From positions 434,136 through 498,135 of the forward strand of contig JAHPZA010000004.1 of assembly GCA_019058445.1 (NCBI GenBank): 64,000 nucleotides of DNA. The letters run 5' to 3'. The stretch comes from Promethearchaeota archaeon. Lineage in GTDB: Archaea > Asgardarchaeota > Lokiarchaeia > Sigyniarchaeales > SOKP01. A model generated the notes under the pieces. It did not search any database and was not told the DNA's origin. It saw only the letters and a program-made list of their open reading frames with translations. This document shows, piece by piece, positions 30,786 through 41,622 of this stretch; position 1 is the stretch's first letter, and each line of letters starts with the position of its first letter. The position numbers and the translations under genes are program-made.

Positions 30786-31616
30786 TTATAGATCTAAAAC
30801 TTCACGAGTACTGTATATCTTATTCTCTTGAGCGTTTGCAATAAATTTAATAGCTGTTATAGCTCCGCTTGCAAAACAATTCCTACTATGAGCTTGATGT
30901 TTAAATTCAATTCTTTCTCCTGGGCCTGCATATAATACAATATGATCACCAACGATATCACCTGCTCTTATTGAATGAACTCCAATTTCATTTTTAGCAC
31001 CGACCGCTCTCTTATTTGGGCCAAGAGATCTGCCAAATTTAGCTACTTCATTAAAGTCTGTACCTAATGTATCAGCTATAATCTGTCCAATAGTCAAACA
31101 TGTCCCACTTGGCGCATCGACTTTGCGATGGTGATGAGTCTCCAGAATTTCTATATCCCAATCTTCTAAATATGCCGTTAAAATTGAGACCATTTTAAAA
31201 AAGATGTTCACTCCAGTGGCCATATTTGATGATATTACTGCCGGAGATTCATTTTCTACAATTTGTTTTTCAAATTCGTCTAAAAATTCCTGAGTTAGGG
31301 CTGTGGTACCAATAATACACCTAATTCTATTTTTTACACAAATCATACAATTTTTTTCTGTAGCCTTAGCTATGGAAAAATCAACAGCTACATCGGGAGC
31401 TGTATCGCTAATAATTTTTTGAAGATCCTTAATATCACTAATTTTTAATTTGTCGGGATCAATAGTACCCGCTAAGTTTTCAAGGGGTTGTCCGATATTA
31501 CTTACATCGCATGCAGCAACCACTTGAATTTCCTTATCTTCTACGGCTAATTTACTAATTAATCGTCCCATGGAGCCACTTGCTCCTAGTATTAACAATT
31601 TTATCAAAATCATCAC
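30786..31616 (-). CDS. dapB: 4-hydroxy-tetrahydrodipicolinate reductase
   Basis: GASGSMG, DFS, IGTT, NMATGVN, ETHHHRKVDAPSGT, HSIRAGDIVGDH. Confidence 0.96.
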   Translation of the reverse strand: MMILIKLLILGASGSMGRLISKLAVEDKEIQVVAACDVSNIGQPLENLAGTIDPDKLKISDIKDLQKIISDTAPDVAVDFSIAKATEKNCMICVKNRIRCIIGTTALTQEFLDEFEKQIVENESPAVISSNMATGVNIFFKMVSILTAYLEDWDIEILETHHHRKVDAPSGTCLTIGQIIADTLGTDFNEVAKFGRSLGPNKRAVGAKNEIGVHSIRAGDIVGDHIVLYAGPGERIEFKHQAHSRNCFASGAITAIKFIANAQENKIYSTREVLDL

Positions 31617-31633
31617 CCAAATAAAAATATTAA

Positions 31634-32533
31634 TTATAATAATTTTAAACTTTCTAGTACAGTTTTGATTTTTGTCTGATTTTGTTCTAATGGTGGTGTC
31701 ATTGGTAACCTCAAGCGTTTATTCATAATTCCCATTAATTCTGCTGCATATTTCACTGGACCGGGATTAGTCTCAATAAATAACACGTTGAAAAGTTCAT
31801 AAAGTTCTAATTGCATTTGCCTAGCTTTATCCCAATCTCCTGCATTCATTGTTTTAGTAAATTCGAATATTTTCGCAGGAACGATATTTGAAGCAACGCT
31901 GATAACTCCTACGCCACCTAATGCCATAAGATGATAAGTCATACTATCATCTCCGCTTAATACGATGAAATCATCTGGGGTTTTTTTAATTATTTGAGTG
32001 ATTTGATCTAAGTTACCACTTGCTTCTTTAATTCCAACTATATTATCTTTTTTATTCGCCAAAGTTGCAACTGTGTCGGGATCTATATTCCGTACGGTAC
32101 GGCTTGGTACATTATATATTATTATGGGAAACGAAACAGCATCCGCGATGGCCGAATAATGATCAATTAAAGAATGTTGAACTGGCTTATTATAATAGGG
32201 AACAACAATAAGGCAACCGTCGGCACCCGCTTTCTCAGCATACTGGGATAGTGAGATAGCCTCTTTGGTGGAATTACTACCAGTTCCTGCTAACACAAAT
32301 GGATCCTTACCACTCTTTTTTGCCTCATCAACAGTAATATCTATTGCATAATGGTGTTCCTCATGAGATAGGGTTGCACTCTCTCCAGTTGTTCCCATGG
32401 TTAAGGGCTGGCAACCGTTCTCTATCTGGAACCGTATGAACTCGCGATATTTGTCTTCATCAATACTAAGATCTTCATGAAACGGTGTAATCATAGCGGT
32501 TATAACATTTTTCAATTTATCCAGTTTTGACAT
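31634..32533 (-). CDS. dapA: 4-hydroxy-tetrahydrodipicolinate synthase
   Basis: GTTGES, PYYNKP, YNVPSRT, GIKEASG, SGDD, ETNPGPVK. Confidence 0.96.
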   Translation of the reverse strand: MSKLDKLKNVITAMITPFHEDLSIDEDKYREFIRFQIENGCQPLTMGTTGESATLSHEEHHYAIDITVDEAKKSGKDPFVLAGTGSNSTKEAISLSQYAEKAGADGCLIVVPYYNKPVQHSLIDHYSAIADAVSFPIIIYNVPSRTVRNIDPDTVATLANKKDNIVGIKEASGNLDQITQIIKKTPDDFIVLSGDDSMTYHLMALGGVGVISVASNIVPAKIFEFTKTMNAGDWDKARQMQLELYELFNVLFIETNPGPVKYAAELMGIMNKRLRLPMTPPLEQNQTKIKTVLESLKLL

Positions 32534-32647
32534 AACGATCTCAACCAATTAAATTTAATCTGTTGATTAACATATTATTTGTATAGAATCCTTTATAAGC
32601 CTTATTAAAAATCTTATAAAAGAGAATGAAAATAATATAAAGGAATT

Positions 32648-33883
32648 TTATTTCTTTTCTTCTTTCAATTTTTTTTTTATTAAAAAGCCCATTTTGCTCT
32701 GTAAGCCGAAAAGAGGTATAAATCCATAACTTAATCTCTGATTGAAGGTACTATCGGTGTCATATGTTGCCAAATTTAAGTCATATATTCCGTTAGGAGA
32801 TTCTCTGGCAACGACTTCTGCGCTTCCTTTAAATAGCTTCACTTTCGCACTGCCGGTTACCTTTTTATTTACTTCATTTATGAACGCATCTAAGGCATCT
32901 TTTAAGGGATCTACCCATAGCCCTTCATAAGCCAATTCAGTCCACCTCTGATCCACAATCGTTTTGAAAGAATTTTCATTTTTGGTACATACATATTTTT
33001 CAATATCTTTGTGAGCTTTAATTAAAATTAATGCAGCAGGAACTTCATAAGTTTCTCTGGATTTTAATCCAATAGCACGATCCTCCATATGTTCTATTCT
33101 TCCAACTCCATGTTTACATCCAATATTATGTAGTGATCGGATCAATTCCACTGAATTCATTTTTTCTCCATTTAATCCTACAGGGACCCCCTCTTCAAAA
33201 TTAATAGTAATATATTCAGGTTCATTAGGTGCTTCTTCGGGAGCAGTAGTCCATTCCTTAGAATCCTCGGGCGGTTCCACACTTGGATTTTCTAGTATAT
33301 CACATTCAGCACTTCTTCCAAAAAGATTCTCATCTATGCTATATTTCTTATATCTGTTGACTGGAATTCCATGTCTCTCTGCATACTTGACTTCCTCATC
33401 CCGTCCCATGTTCCATTCAATTAATGGTTGTAGAACCTCGATTTCAGGAGCATAAGCATTTGCGGTTATATTAATCCTAATTTGATCGTTTCCTTTTCCC
33501 GTACAGCCATGAGCTACAACCGAGATTCCCTCTTTTTTAGCAATTTTAATAGCTTCAATCGCAATTAGGGGTCTGCCTACAGCAGTGCTTAATGGATAGA
33601 TACCTTGATATAGCCCATTTGCTTTAATAGTCGGGAAAACATAATCATTCACAAATTTTTCCTTACAGTCTATAGTAAAATGTTTTACCGCACCAAGTTT
33701 ATATGCTTTCTCTTCTATTTCCTTGAATCTGGTAGGATCGGCAAATTCTTGTCCCAAATCAGCAGTGAATGTATAAACTTCAGCATCATAGGTTTCTTGC
33801 AGCCATTTTATCATACAACTAGTATCCAAGCCACCTGAATACATAAGTAAAATTTTATCGTATCTCTCTTTCTTTGGTCCCAA
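32648..33883 (-). CDS. argG: Argininosuccinate synthase
   Basis: YSGGLDTS, HGCTGKGNDQ, YSIDENLFGRSAE, GLKSRETYE. Confidence 0.97.
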   Translation of the reverse strand: MGPKKERYDKILLMYSGGLDTSCMIKWLQETYDAEVYTFTADLGQEFADPTRFKEIEEKAYKLGAVKHFTIDCKEKFVNDYVFPTIKANGLYQGIYPLSTAVGRPLIAIEAIKIAKKEGISVVAHGCTGKGNDQIRINITANAYAPEIEVLQPLIEWNMGRDEEVKYAERHGIPVNRYKKYSIDENLFGRSAECDILENPSVEPPEDSKEWTTAPEEAPNEPEYITINFEEGVPVGLNGEKMNSVELIRSLHNIGCKHGVGRIEHMEDRAIGLKSRETYEVPAALILIKAHKDIEKYVCTKNENSFKTIVDQRWTELAYEGLWVDPLKDALDAFINEVNKKVTGSAKVKLFKGSAEVVARESPNGIYDLNLATYDTDSTFNQRLSYGFIPLFGLQSKMGFLIKKKLKEEKK

Positions 33884-34099
33884 ATTGCTAATAATTCCAT
33901 CACATCTCTTTTTAATAAATAAATAAAGAATAGCTACAATTTATCTTTTCTTATTATTCTATACTAATCTAAGCTATCCAGAGCTAGAGGTTATAATTTA
34001 GATTAGACCAAATCTTAAATACTAATTCGTTTACTTTTTTCTCAAGAAAATTTTATTATAATATTGTGAGGCCTTACAAAATTAGGGCGGTGGATTTTA

Positions 34100-37000
34100 T
34101 TGAGCGAAAAAGGGAATAATTTAAGCTTATCTAGAGAAAATTATAAATCTATTTTTAAACTACTCCCGCATACATCATATATTTGGCAAAAACTTGAAGA
34201 TGATTTAATTTTAATTGAATATAATAGAGCAGCAGAAAAATTTACTGAAGGAAAAATCAAATCTTTAATAGGTATCAAAGCATCAGAACTATACAAGGAA
34301 AGACCTATAGTTCTCGAGGACTTAAAACGTTGTGTAAGAAATCAAACGGTAGTTTCTAGAGAAATAGTTCATAAATCAGTTACTACAGGTAAGGAAAGAA
34401 ATCTTATCAGATTTTATAAATTTATTGAACCAGATTTAGTGCTTGTTCATTCAGAAGATATAACTAAACAAAGATTAGCTGAAGCATCTTTAAAAAAAGA
34501 GGAAAAAGAAAAGTCAATGATATTGGAAGCCGTATCAGATCATATTATTTATTACAATACTGATCAAGACATTATCTGGGCAAATCAAGCAGCCATTGAT
34601 TCAGTAAATTTATCATATAAAGAAGTAGTTAGTAAAAAATGTTATGAAATTTGGCAGAATAGAAATGAACCATGCGAATTTTGTCCTGTTTTAAGAGCTT
34701 TAAAGACTGGAAAAACTCAGACTAGTGAAGCAAGGACTCCAGATGGGAGGGTATGGTTCGTAAGTGGATTTCCTGTATGGGATGATGATGGGAATATAAT
34801 AGGTATGGTCGAAATTACAAGAGATATTACCGCCCAAAAATATGTGGAAGAAAATTTACGTCGGGAACGAGACATTTTAGGTCGGCTGACAGATACAAGC
34901 CCAGTTGGAATTACTTTAGTAAATAAAGATGGGAAAATAATTTTTGCCAATGTACAAGCAGAAAAGATATTGGGATTAACTAAAAATGAGATTACTCAGC
35001 TTAGATATAATGCTCCAAGTTGGAAAATTACAGATTATGATGGAAATCCTTTTCCTGATGAAAAATTACCTTTCCAAAAGGTGAAGTCTACAAGAGAGTC
35101 TGTATTTGATGTGAGGCATGCAATTGAATGGCCCAATGGCAAAAAATGTTATCTTTCTATTAATGCATCGCCTATATTCGATGAAAACAAAAATCTTGAG
35201 GGAATGGTTGCAACTATTGAAGATATTACTGAAAAATGGGTAATAGAACAAAATCTAAAAGAATCTGAAGAAAGTTTTAGGACGATTACAGAACAGTCCT
35301 TAATGGGAATATGCATTATACAAGATTTTGAAATAAAATATATAAATCAACAGATGGCAGATATTTATGGATATTCTTTGGAAGAAGTATATAGCTGGCA
35401 AGCTAAAGATTTTTTTAAAGTACTGGTGAATGAATCCAGAGAATATATTATTGAACAAATAAAAAAAAAACAACAAAGTGCTAAAGATGTAGAAACACGT
35501 TATATCTCTAAAGCAATTAGAAAAGACGGTAGCTTAATTTGGGTAGAAAATTATTCAAAATCAATAATTTATCAGGGAAAATCAGCAGATCTGCTTACAC
35601 AAATCGACATTACTGACAAAATGAAAGCGGAACAGAGATTAATTGAATCGGAAGGAAAATATAGAGATATGGCAGAACTTCTACCGGATGTTATTTTTGA
35701 AGCAGATTTAGAAATGAATCTTAAATATGTGAATCCTGCAGGATTTGCTATGTTTGGATATTCACTTCAAGAAATGGAGAATGGAATAAATCTTAAGCAA
35801 CTATTAACAACTGATTCATTGAAAAAAGCTATAAAAAGAGTTAAAGATATTTCATTAGGAATATCTACTTCTCCGAATGAATACGAATTAGTCAAAAAAG
35901 ATGGAAGTAAATTTTATGGAAGGGTTCATTCAAGATCCGTAATTAAAGATGATAGAATAGTTGGATTCAGAGGTACAGTTACAGATATTACGGATATAAA
36001 GTTAGCAGAACAAAAATTAAAAGAATCAGAGGAAAAATATCGAATTCTTATAGAAAAATCATTGCAGGGGATATGCATTCTCCAAGATGTTAGAATTATT
36101 TTTGCAAATGAGGCTTTATCTGAAATCTTAGGATATAGTATTAACGAATTATTATCATTTTCCAACGAGGAAATAATAAATCTAATACATCCAGATGATA
36201 GAAAATTAGTTTTTAATCGTCATATGGCACGTTTAGAAGGAAAATCAGTTCCTGCACGTTATGAATTTCGAGTTCTTAGAAAGGATGGAGTTGTTAGAAT
36301 CGTTGAAATGTACGCTTCACGCATTAATCTTAATAATAAAACTGCTGTTCAAGAAGTTTTTATAGATATTACAGAACGTAAGAAGATTGAAGAAAAATTA
36401 AAAAAATCCGAGGAAAAATATCGTGAAGCATACAATCGAATTAACTTATATAAGGACTTATTTACCCATGATATCAATAATATTTTCCAAAACATTTTAT
36501 CCTCTAACGAGCTTGCCATGTTATATTCTAATATTCCAGAAAAATTACAGGATTACGTTGAAGTTGCCAATCTTATAAAAGAACAAGTTTCAAGAGGATC
36601 AAAATTAGTATCAAATGTCCAAAAACTATCTGAACTTGAAGACGTTGATAAGCCATTATATACTTTAGAAGTGTATAGTGTTTTAAATAATGTAATAAAT
36701 TCAATTAAAAAGAGTTTTCTTCACAAAAAAATAGAAATCAATATTTATTCTTCTGAAAATCAGTATCTTGTTAAGGCAAATGAGTTATTTTTTGATGTTT
36801 TTGATAACATTTTGATGAATGCTGTAAAACATAATAAAAATCTGACAATTGAAATTCAAATTAAAATCTCACAAAATTTAATCGATGATATAAACTACGT
36901 GAGAATTGAATTTAGTGATAACGGTGTTGGCATACCAGACATTATGAAAGATGTTATTTTCCAGAGAGATGTAAAGAAAGAAAAAGCAAGTGGAATTGGA

Positions 37001-37123
37001 TTAGGACTATTGTTAGTAAAGAGAATAGTGGAAAGTTATAAAGGATCGGTAAAAGTGGAAGATAGAGTTCTCGGAGATTGCTCAAAAGGAAGTAATTTTA
37101 TAGTATTAATTCCAGGGTCATAA
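34100..37123 (+). CDS. Soluble multi-PAS (about 6) sensor histidine kinase
   Basis: Repeated PAS/PAC units ending DIT; H-box THDINN; N-box NAVKH, DNGVG, GIGLGL. Confidence 0.93.
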   Translation: MSEKGNNLSLSRENYKSIFKLLPHTSYIWQKLEDDLILIEYNRAAEKFTEGKIKSLIGIKASELYKERPIVLEDLKRCVRNQTVVSREIVHKSVTTGKERNLIRFYKFIEPDLVLVHSEDITKQRLAEASLKKEEKEKSMILEAVSDHIIYYNTDQDIIWANQAAIDSVNLSYKEVVSKKCYEIWQNRNEPCEFCPVLRALKTGKTQTSEARTPDGRVWFVSGFPVWDDDGNIIGMVEITRDITAQKYVEENLRRERDILGRLTDTSPVGITLVNKDGKIIFANVQAEKILGLTKNEITQLRYNAPSWKITDYDGNPFPDEKLPFQKVKSTRESVFDVRHAIEWPNGKKCYLSINASPIFDENKNLEGMVATIEDITEKWVIEQNLKESEESFRTITEQSLMGICIIQDFEIKYINQQMADIYGYSLEEVYSWQAKDFFKVLVNESREYIIEQIKKKQQSAKDVETRYISKAIRKDGSLIWVENYSKSIIYQGKSADLLTQIDITDKMKAEQRLIESEGKYRDMAELLPDVIFEADLEMNLKYVNPAGFAMFGYSLQEMENGINLKQLLTTDSLKKAIKRVKDISLGISTSPNEYELVKKDGSKFYGRVHSRSVIKDDRIVGFRGTVTDITDIKLAEQKLKESEEKYRILIEKSLQGICILQDVRIIFANEALSEILGYSINELLSFSNEEIINLIHPDDRKLVFNRHMARLEGKSVPARYEFRVLRKDGVVRIVEMYASRINLNNKTAVQEVFIDITERKKIEEKLKKSEEKYREAYNRINLYKDLFTHDINNIFQNILSSNELAMLYSNIPEKLQDYVEVANLIKEQVSRGSKLVSNVQKLSELEDVDKPLYTLEVYSVLNNVINSIKKSFLHKKIEINIYSSENQYLVKANELFFDVFDNILMNAVKHNKNLTIEIQIKISQNLIDDINYVRIEFSDNGVGIPDIMKDVIFQRDVKKEKASGIGLGLLLVKRIVESYKGSVKVEDRVLGDCSKGSNFIVLIPGS

Positions 37124-37387
37124 TTAGGCAATATTACAATTAAATTCTGAGAAAAATTTATTTAGTCTGGATGAAAAGAAGGATAATATAAGCCAAATTT
37201 ATTTTTTATTTTAAAAAAGTTTTTAGGCATACAAAATTATAAAAGTATCGATCTACAAATTCTTAAATATAAAATTTTTTTCAGTATATTCATACGACAA
37301 TTTTACCTTTATTAATATAAAAAATAATGGGGCTTCTCTGTTATTTCAAGTAGGTGTAATATTATTTAAGTCCGGAGGTGTCATAAT

Positions 37388-37771
37388 ATAGCAGCAAATA
37401 TACTCATTGTTGAAGATGACCTATCATTACAGAGGCTATATGAGATGATTTTGAAAACTTCTGGATTTAATGTAATAGGAAAAGCAAACAACGGGGAAGA
37501 AGCGGTACACTTTTATGAAACCAATTCATCAAGTTTGGATGTGATACTAATGGATCATAGAATGCCAATTAAAAATGGGATTGAAGCAACAAAAGAAATT
37601 CTTGAAAGGAATAATAAGACAAAAATTATTTTTACAAGTGCGGATAAAAGTATAAAAAAAACAGCTTTATTAACGGGAGCGATTAGTTTTTTAGAAAAAC
37701 CTTTTAGTTTTGCTGATTTAGTAAAAGAAATTGAAAAAGTTCTAAAAGCAACTAACCTCTCCGCTAATTAA
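37388..37771 (+). CDS. Single-domain response regulator (receiver)
   Basis: ILIVEDD (upstream of the track's ATG 37445), MDHRMP (phospho-Asp), TS, KPF; ATA start 7 nt after GGAGGTG, in-frame TAA at 37367. Confidence 0.9.
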   Translation: MAANILIVEDDLSLQRLYEMILKTSGFNVIGKANNGEEAVHFYETNSSSLDVILMDHRMPIKNGIEATKEILERNNKTKIIFTSADKSIKKTALLTGAISFLEKPFSFADLVKEIEKVLKATNLSAN

Positions 37772-37822
37772 TATTTAGAAAATTATAATTTTATTAAACC
37801 AGTTTGTCATTTTAAAAAAGTA

Positions 37823-38818
37823 ATGGATATCTTAGACAAATTTCAAGGCTCTTTGATGGGAGTAGCAATAGGAGACACACTTGGACGTCCCTTTGAAGGC
37901 AAATTAAGAACAGAAATCTATTCTATTTTCACTAATTTTGAAGATTTTATTCAAAATAAAAAAAATTTATTCAAAACATATACCGATGATACACAACTTA
38001 CATTACATACAGCAGAGGCTTTAATTAGGGGTAATGGATTTAATCTTAACAATTTTATTTCAGAATATGTAAAGTGGTTAGATGATCCTCCAATTGGAGC
38101 GGGTTATGGCTGTATTTCTTCGATTAATAAGTTAAGATATGGTGTACCATGGGAAAAGGCAGCTTCCAATTCTGGTGGAAACGGTACTGCTATGCGAATA
38201 GCACCCGTCGGATTATTTTATTATAAAGACTTAAAAGGATTAAAATCTGCGGCCATAAAATCGAGCGTTCTAACACATTCACATCCTGCAGCCTCAGCAG
38301 CTTCAATAGTTATAGCTAGAGCTATTGCATATTTAATTGATAAGGATCCAAAGATTAGGTTTTCTGTGGACCAATTTTTTGATGTAATCATATCTTCTAT
38401 AGCTAGTTCTCAAGAGGAAATATGGGAAGAATTTATTGAATCATTAAACAAATTAAAATCAAATTTACATGTTTCAATTGAAGCTGGTTTGATTAAGTTT
38501 TCTCAAATTGGAGTAAAATCACCGTTCTTTATCGAAGATTATTTAGGACATGCTTTTGTCCATCCATATGCTATTAGCACAGTTATTTGTTCAATATTCC
38601 TTTTTTTGAAAAAGTTAACTTCATTTAAGGATTGTATTTTCGAACTTGCTACCGCTGGAGGAGATAGTGATACCGTAGGGGCTATTGGTGGTGCTTTAGC
38701 AGGAGCATATTTTGGTTTAAAAAATATCCCTAATGATTTAATAAAACTAGTTAAAAATTATAAGAAAATCTTAAAAATTAGTGAAGAGCTTTATAATACT
38801 TTTAATGTGCGATATTAA
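37823..38818 (+). CDS. ADP-ribosylglycohydrolase (DraG/ARH family)
   Basis: AIGDTLG, YTDDT, GNGTAMR, TH, GGDSDT. Confidence 0.92.
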   Translation: MDILDKFQGSLMGVAIGDTLGRPFEGKLRTEIYSIFTNFEDFIQNKKNLFKTYTDDTQLTLHTAEALIRGNGFNLNNFISEYVKWLDDPPIGAGYGCISSINKLRYGVPWEKAASNSGGNGTAMRIAPVGLFYYKDLKGLKSAAIKSSVLTHSHPAASAASIVIARAIAYLIDKDPKIRFSVDQFFDVIISSIASSQEEIWEEFIESLNKLKSNLHVSIEAGLIKFSQIGVKSPFFIEDYLGHAFVHPYAISTVICSIFLFLKKLTSFKDCIFELATAGGDSDTVGAIGGALAGAYFGLKNIPNDLIKLVKNYKKILKISEELYNTFNVRY

Positions 38819-38819
38819 T

Positions 38820-39470
38820 CTAATTTAGTTTTTTGTTTATATAATTTTTCAATTTAATTAAATAAACTGTCTCAAATTTTGAGGATTTAATTACATTAAA
38901 GAATATATTTAACTCTTTTTGGCATGCTTTGCAAAATTTAGAGGGTTTTTTATCAACATAATAGACGCTACTTGAAAATTGCATAACACAGTCATTATCA
39001 CAGTGATGTAGGCCTAAAGTGTGTCCGATTTCATGTATCGCCTCTTTCAATATTCTTTTTTGTTCCCTCTTCTTCTTTGTTCTTCTATTGTAAAATTGTT
39101 CTCTAAGCCGTGTAATGGACACTATTGACACTCCGGGGGAATCTAAATCCTTTCTTGTTCTCGCAAGTCCAAAAACAAAATGATAAGGTTTCTTATTTTT
39201 GCTTATAGAGAAGATATCTTTATCTAATATCCCAAGGGTACAAAATAACTTGTTGCTTTTTACATAATATTCCAATTTTCTTAAAATAGATTTTCCATAA
39301 TACTGTTGTCTTTCCAGAATGTAATCAGTTTCATCTAAAGGAAACATTTTAGGTAGAATATCTACTGATACAATGAAATTTTTAAAGAATCTATTTAAGT
39401 GCTTCTGTAAATATTGCAAGATTTTACCATCTAAATCTCCTATTTGCACCAAATAGACCTTTTTTTCCAA
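38820..39470 (-). CDS. amzA: Archaemetzincin (M54 zinc metallopeptidase)
   Basis: KEAIHEIGHTLGLHHC...CVM...FCKAC; RQQY; FVFG. Confidence 0.9.
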   Translation of the reverse strand: MEKKVYLVQIGDLDGKILQYLQKHLNRFFKNFIVSVDILPKMFPLDETDYILERQQYYGKSILRKLEYYVKSNKLFCTLGILDKDIFSISKNKKPYHFVFGLARTRKDLDSPGVSIVSITRLREQFYNRRTKKKREQKRILKEAIHEIGHTLGLHHCDNDCVMQFSSSVYYVDKKPSKFCKACQKELNIFFNVIKSSKFETVYLIKLKNYINKKLN

Positions 39471-39655
39471 ATTTCAACCTCAAAAAAATTCATTTTATTC
39501 TGCTCTAGAGATATAAATGAAATGTTAAACATATTATTACCGCTTTTGATTCATAAAAAAATAAAATTGATAAAATATCATTAATTCTCTTAAAAATAAA
39601 TTAAAATTTAGAATTAAAAATTTTTATTTAGTTTAACATTTCCCTCTATAATAAT

Positions 39656-39758
39656 GGGAGGGTGGTCTAGCCTGGTATGATTCTTAAAAGAAAAACGCTT
39701 TAAGTATAAATCTTGGTTTGGGACCAAGGGGCCGGGGGTTCGAATCCCCCCTCTCCCA
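39656..39758 (+). tRNA. tRNA-Pro(TGG) with 29-nt intron at non-canonical position 25/26 (39682-39710); CCA not encoded
   Basis: Acceptor GGGAGGG/CTCTCCC, anticodon arm CTTGG-TTTGGGA-CCAAG, T-arm GGGGG-TTCGAAT-CCCCC; intron bounded by a BHB motif. Confidence 0.93.
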
Positions 39759-39831
39759 TTCTTCTTTCTTATTATTCTCTTTTCCGCAGATTGAGTTGAT
39801 TTAATGAACCCATTATCAATAGAAGACTATT

Positions 39832-40131
39832 TTATACATTCTCAACGTTTACCAACACCTCTTCCTCAATAGTGTTTTCAGACTTAAAGTAAATTTCTGG
39901 TATAAGCTCATTAATAGTAGAAACAAGTGAAAGTAGAATTGCAGGACTTTTGGATGTTATCTTATAATATTTATGCAATCTAATTCGTTCTGAAACTTGA
40001 ATATTTATTTTGAAAAATTCGAATAATTGGATTAGGTCATCTTTAATTTCCTTTTTTTTTTGGATCCATACGGATATTGTTTTATTCTTTTTATCTAGTT
40101 TCTTATTTTGAATCTTTATTTTTAAAATCAT
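39832..40131 (-). CDS. Hypothetical protein
   Basis: 99-aa ORF filling the gap; no motif recognised. Confidence 0.55.
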   Translation of the reverse strand: MILKIKIQNKKLDKKNKTISVWIQKKKEIKDDLIQLFEFFKINIQVSERIRLHKYYKITSKSPAILLSLVSTINELIPEIYFKSENTIEEEVLVNVENV

Positions 40132-40268
40132 AATAATACATTATCTGGATATAATTTGAAATCAAATAAGAGATTAAATTATTTATTTAAGAAATTATAA
40201 AAACAAGGAGTATTTTTCTAAGTTTAAAAAAAATGCTAAAAAAGCTATTTTTAATTTAATTTTTAGAA

Positions 40269-40841
40269 TTATTTAGCAGGCTTATTCTTCAGTTTTCTAA
40301 TTAATAGAGTCAAAACAGCTAAAATTATCCAAATAAAAATTATACCCATTAATATAAATTTTACAAGAGCAAAACAACTGTGAGTTATTGCCCATGTGTC
40401 AGGAAACCCTTGAGGATCGGTGAGCATTAATAAAATAAATACATTTTCCGTAGCATCACAGCACGCAGAAATAACTCCAAAAATGGCACTAATATATCCC
40501 ATTTTTCTCCATCCTGAATCTTCATCGAATTTCCGAGAGATATAAAGTGACAAACTGAAATATAAAGTTCCATATGCAAGCATATAAGGGTAATCTAGTA
40601 GCTGAGCAATTCGATAAAGATCTATTTCTGCTGAACTCATTGTTCTAAGATGTGATTTTATAGTCGCTCCTGAGAATGAGAGTTGACTTTCAAAGACACT
40701 CACGGGATAATTAGAAATTATGTAATAATAATTGAGAATCGGATATACAATTAGATATAAAATAATACTGCTAATTAGCAATATTTTAGTTTTTTTAGGG
40801 GAAGGTTTATCGGATAATTTTTCAAGCAAAATAATAATCAA
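40269..40841 (-). CDS. 4-TM membrane protein, tandem paralog A
   Basis: YPV..ESQLSFSG, LDY, DxxEN, LMLTDPQ, HSCFALxKF shared with the next gene. Confidence 0.78.
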   Translation of the reverse strand: MIIILLEKLSDKPSPKKTKILLISSIILYLIVYPILNYYYIISNYPVSVFESQLSFSGATIKSHLRTMSSAEIDLYRIAQLLDYPYMLAYGTLYFSLSLYISRKFDEDSGWRKMGYISAIFGVISACCDATENVFILLMLTDPQGFPDTWAITHSCFALVKFILMGIIFIWIILAVLTLLIRKLKNKPAK

Positions 40842-40991
40842 CTATGATATGATTTGTATAAATGTAAAACACTAGGACAATCTTATTAATAAATATTATT
40901 AATGTCTTTGGATCCTTTTTACTAAGATCTTATGAGAATATCTGATATGAAAAATAGTACAAATAAAAAAAATGAATTTTGGTATAATACG

Positions 40992-41549
40992 CTATTTCTT
41001 AGTGGATCGTTTATTTACAAGGAGACTAATGAGTGCTAAAATTATCCATATAAACACCATTCCAAACAAGATGAATTTGGCCAGAGCAAAGCAGCTGTGA
41101 ATTATAGCCCAAATATCAGGAAATTCCTGAGGATCTGTAAGCATTAGCAAGATAAATAAATTTTCAAGTCCATCACATATCGCAGCTGTAATTCCAAAAA
41201 TAGCAACAATATAACCAGAATTTCTCCAACTTGTGTTTTCTTCAAAATTTCTTGCGATTGTTAAAGCTAAAGAAAAATATAAAGATCCATAGCCGACCAT
41301 AAGGCCATAATCGAGAATTGTCCAGATTAAATAATAATTTAATTGCTCAGTATTCATTGTGCGAAAGTGAGACTTAATAATTGCGCCACTAAATGACAAT
41401 TGACTCTCGTAAAAACCTACGGGATACTTAGATAATTCATAAAAATAGTTCATGAGTATCATAAAAAAGAAATATAGTATGAGTCCTAAAATTATCATTA
41501 TTTTAGTATTTTTTTTAGAAGGCTTTTCTGATAACATTTCCAATACCAT
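40992..41549 (-). CDS. 4-TM membrane protein, tandem paralog B
   Basis: Colinear with 40269-40841. Confidence 0.78.
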   Translation of the reverse strand: MVLEMLSEKPSKKNTKIMIILGLILYFFFMILMNYFYELSKYPVGFYESQLSFSGAIIKSHFRTMNTEQLNYYLIWTILDYGLMVGYGSLYFSLALTIARNFEENTSWRNSGYIVAIFGITAAICDGLENLFILLMLTDPQEFPDIWAIIHSCFALAKFILFGMVFIWIILALISLLVNKRSTKK

Positions 41550-41622
41550 ATAATCATCCCTCTTATTGTTAAATTTTTTTAGACTAGAATATAAAAAAAT
41601 TTTTGGTGATATAAATTAATTT

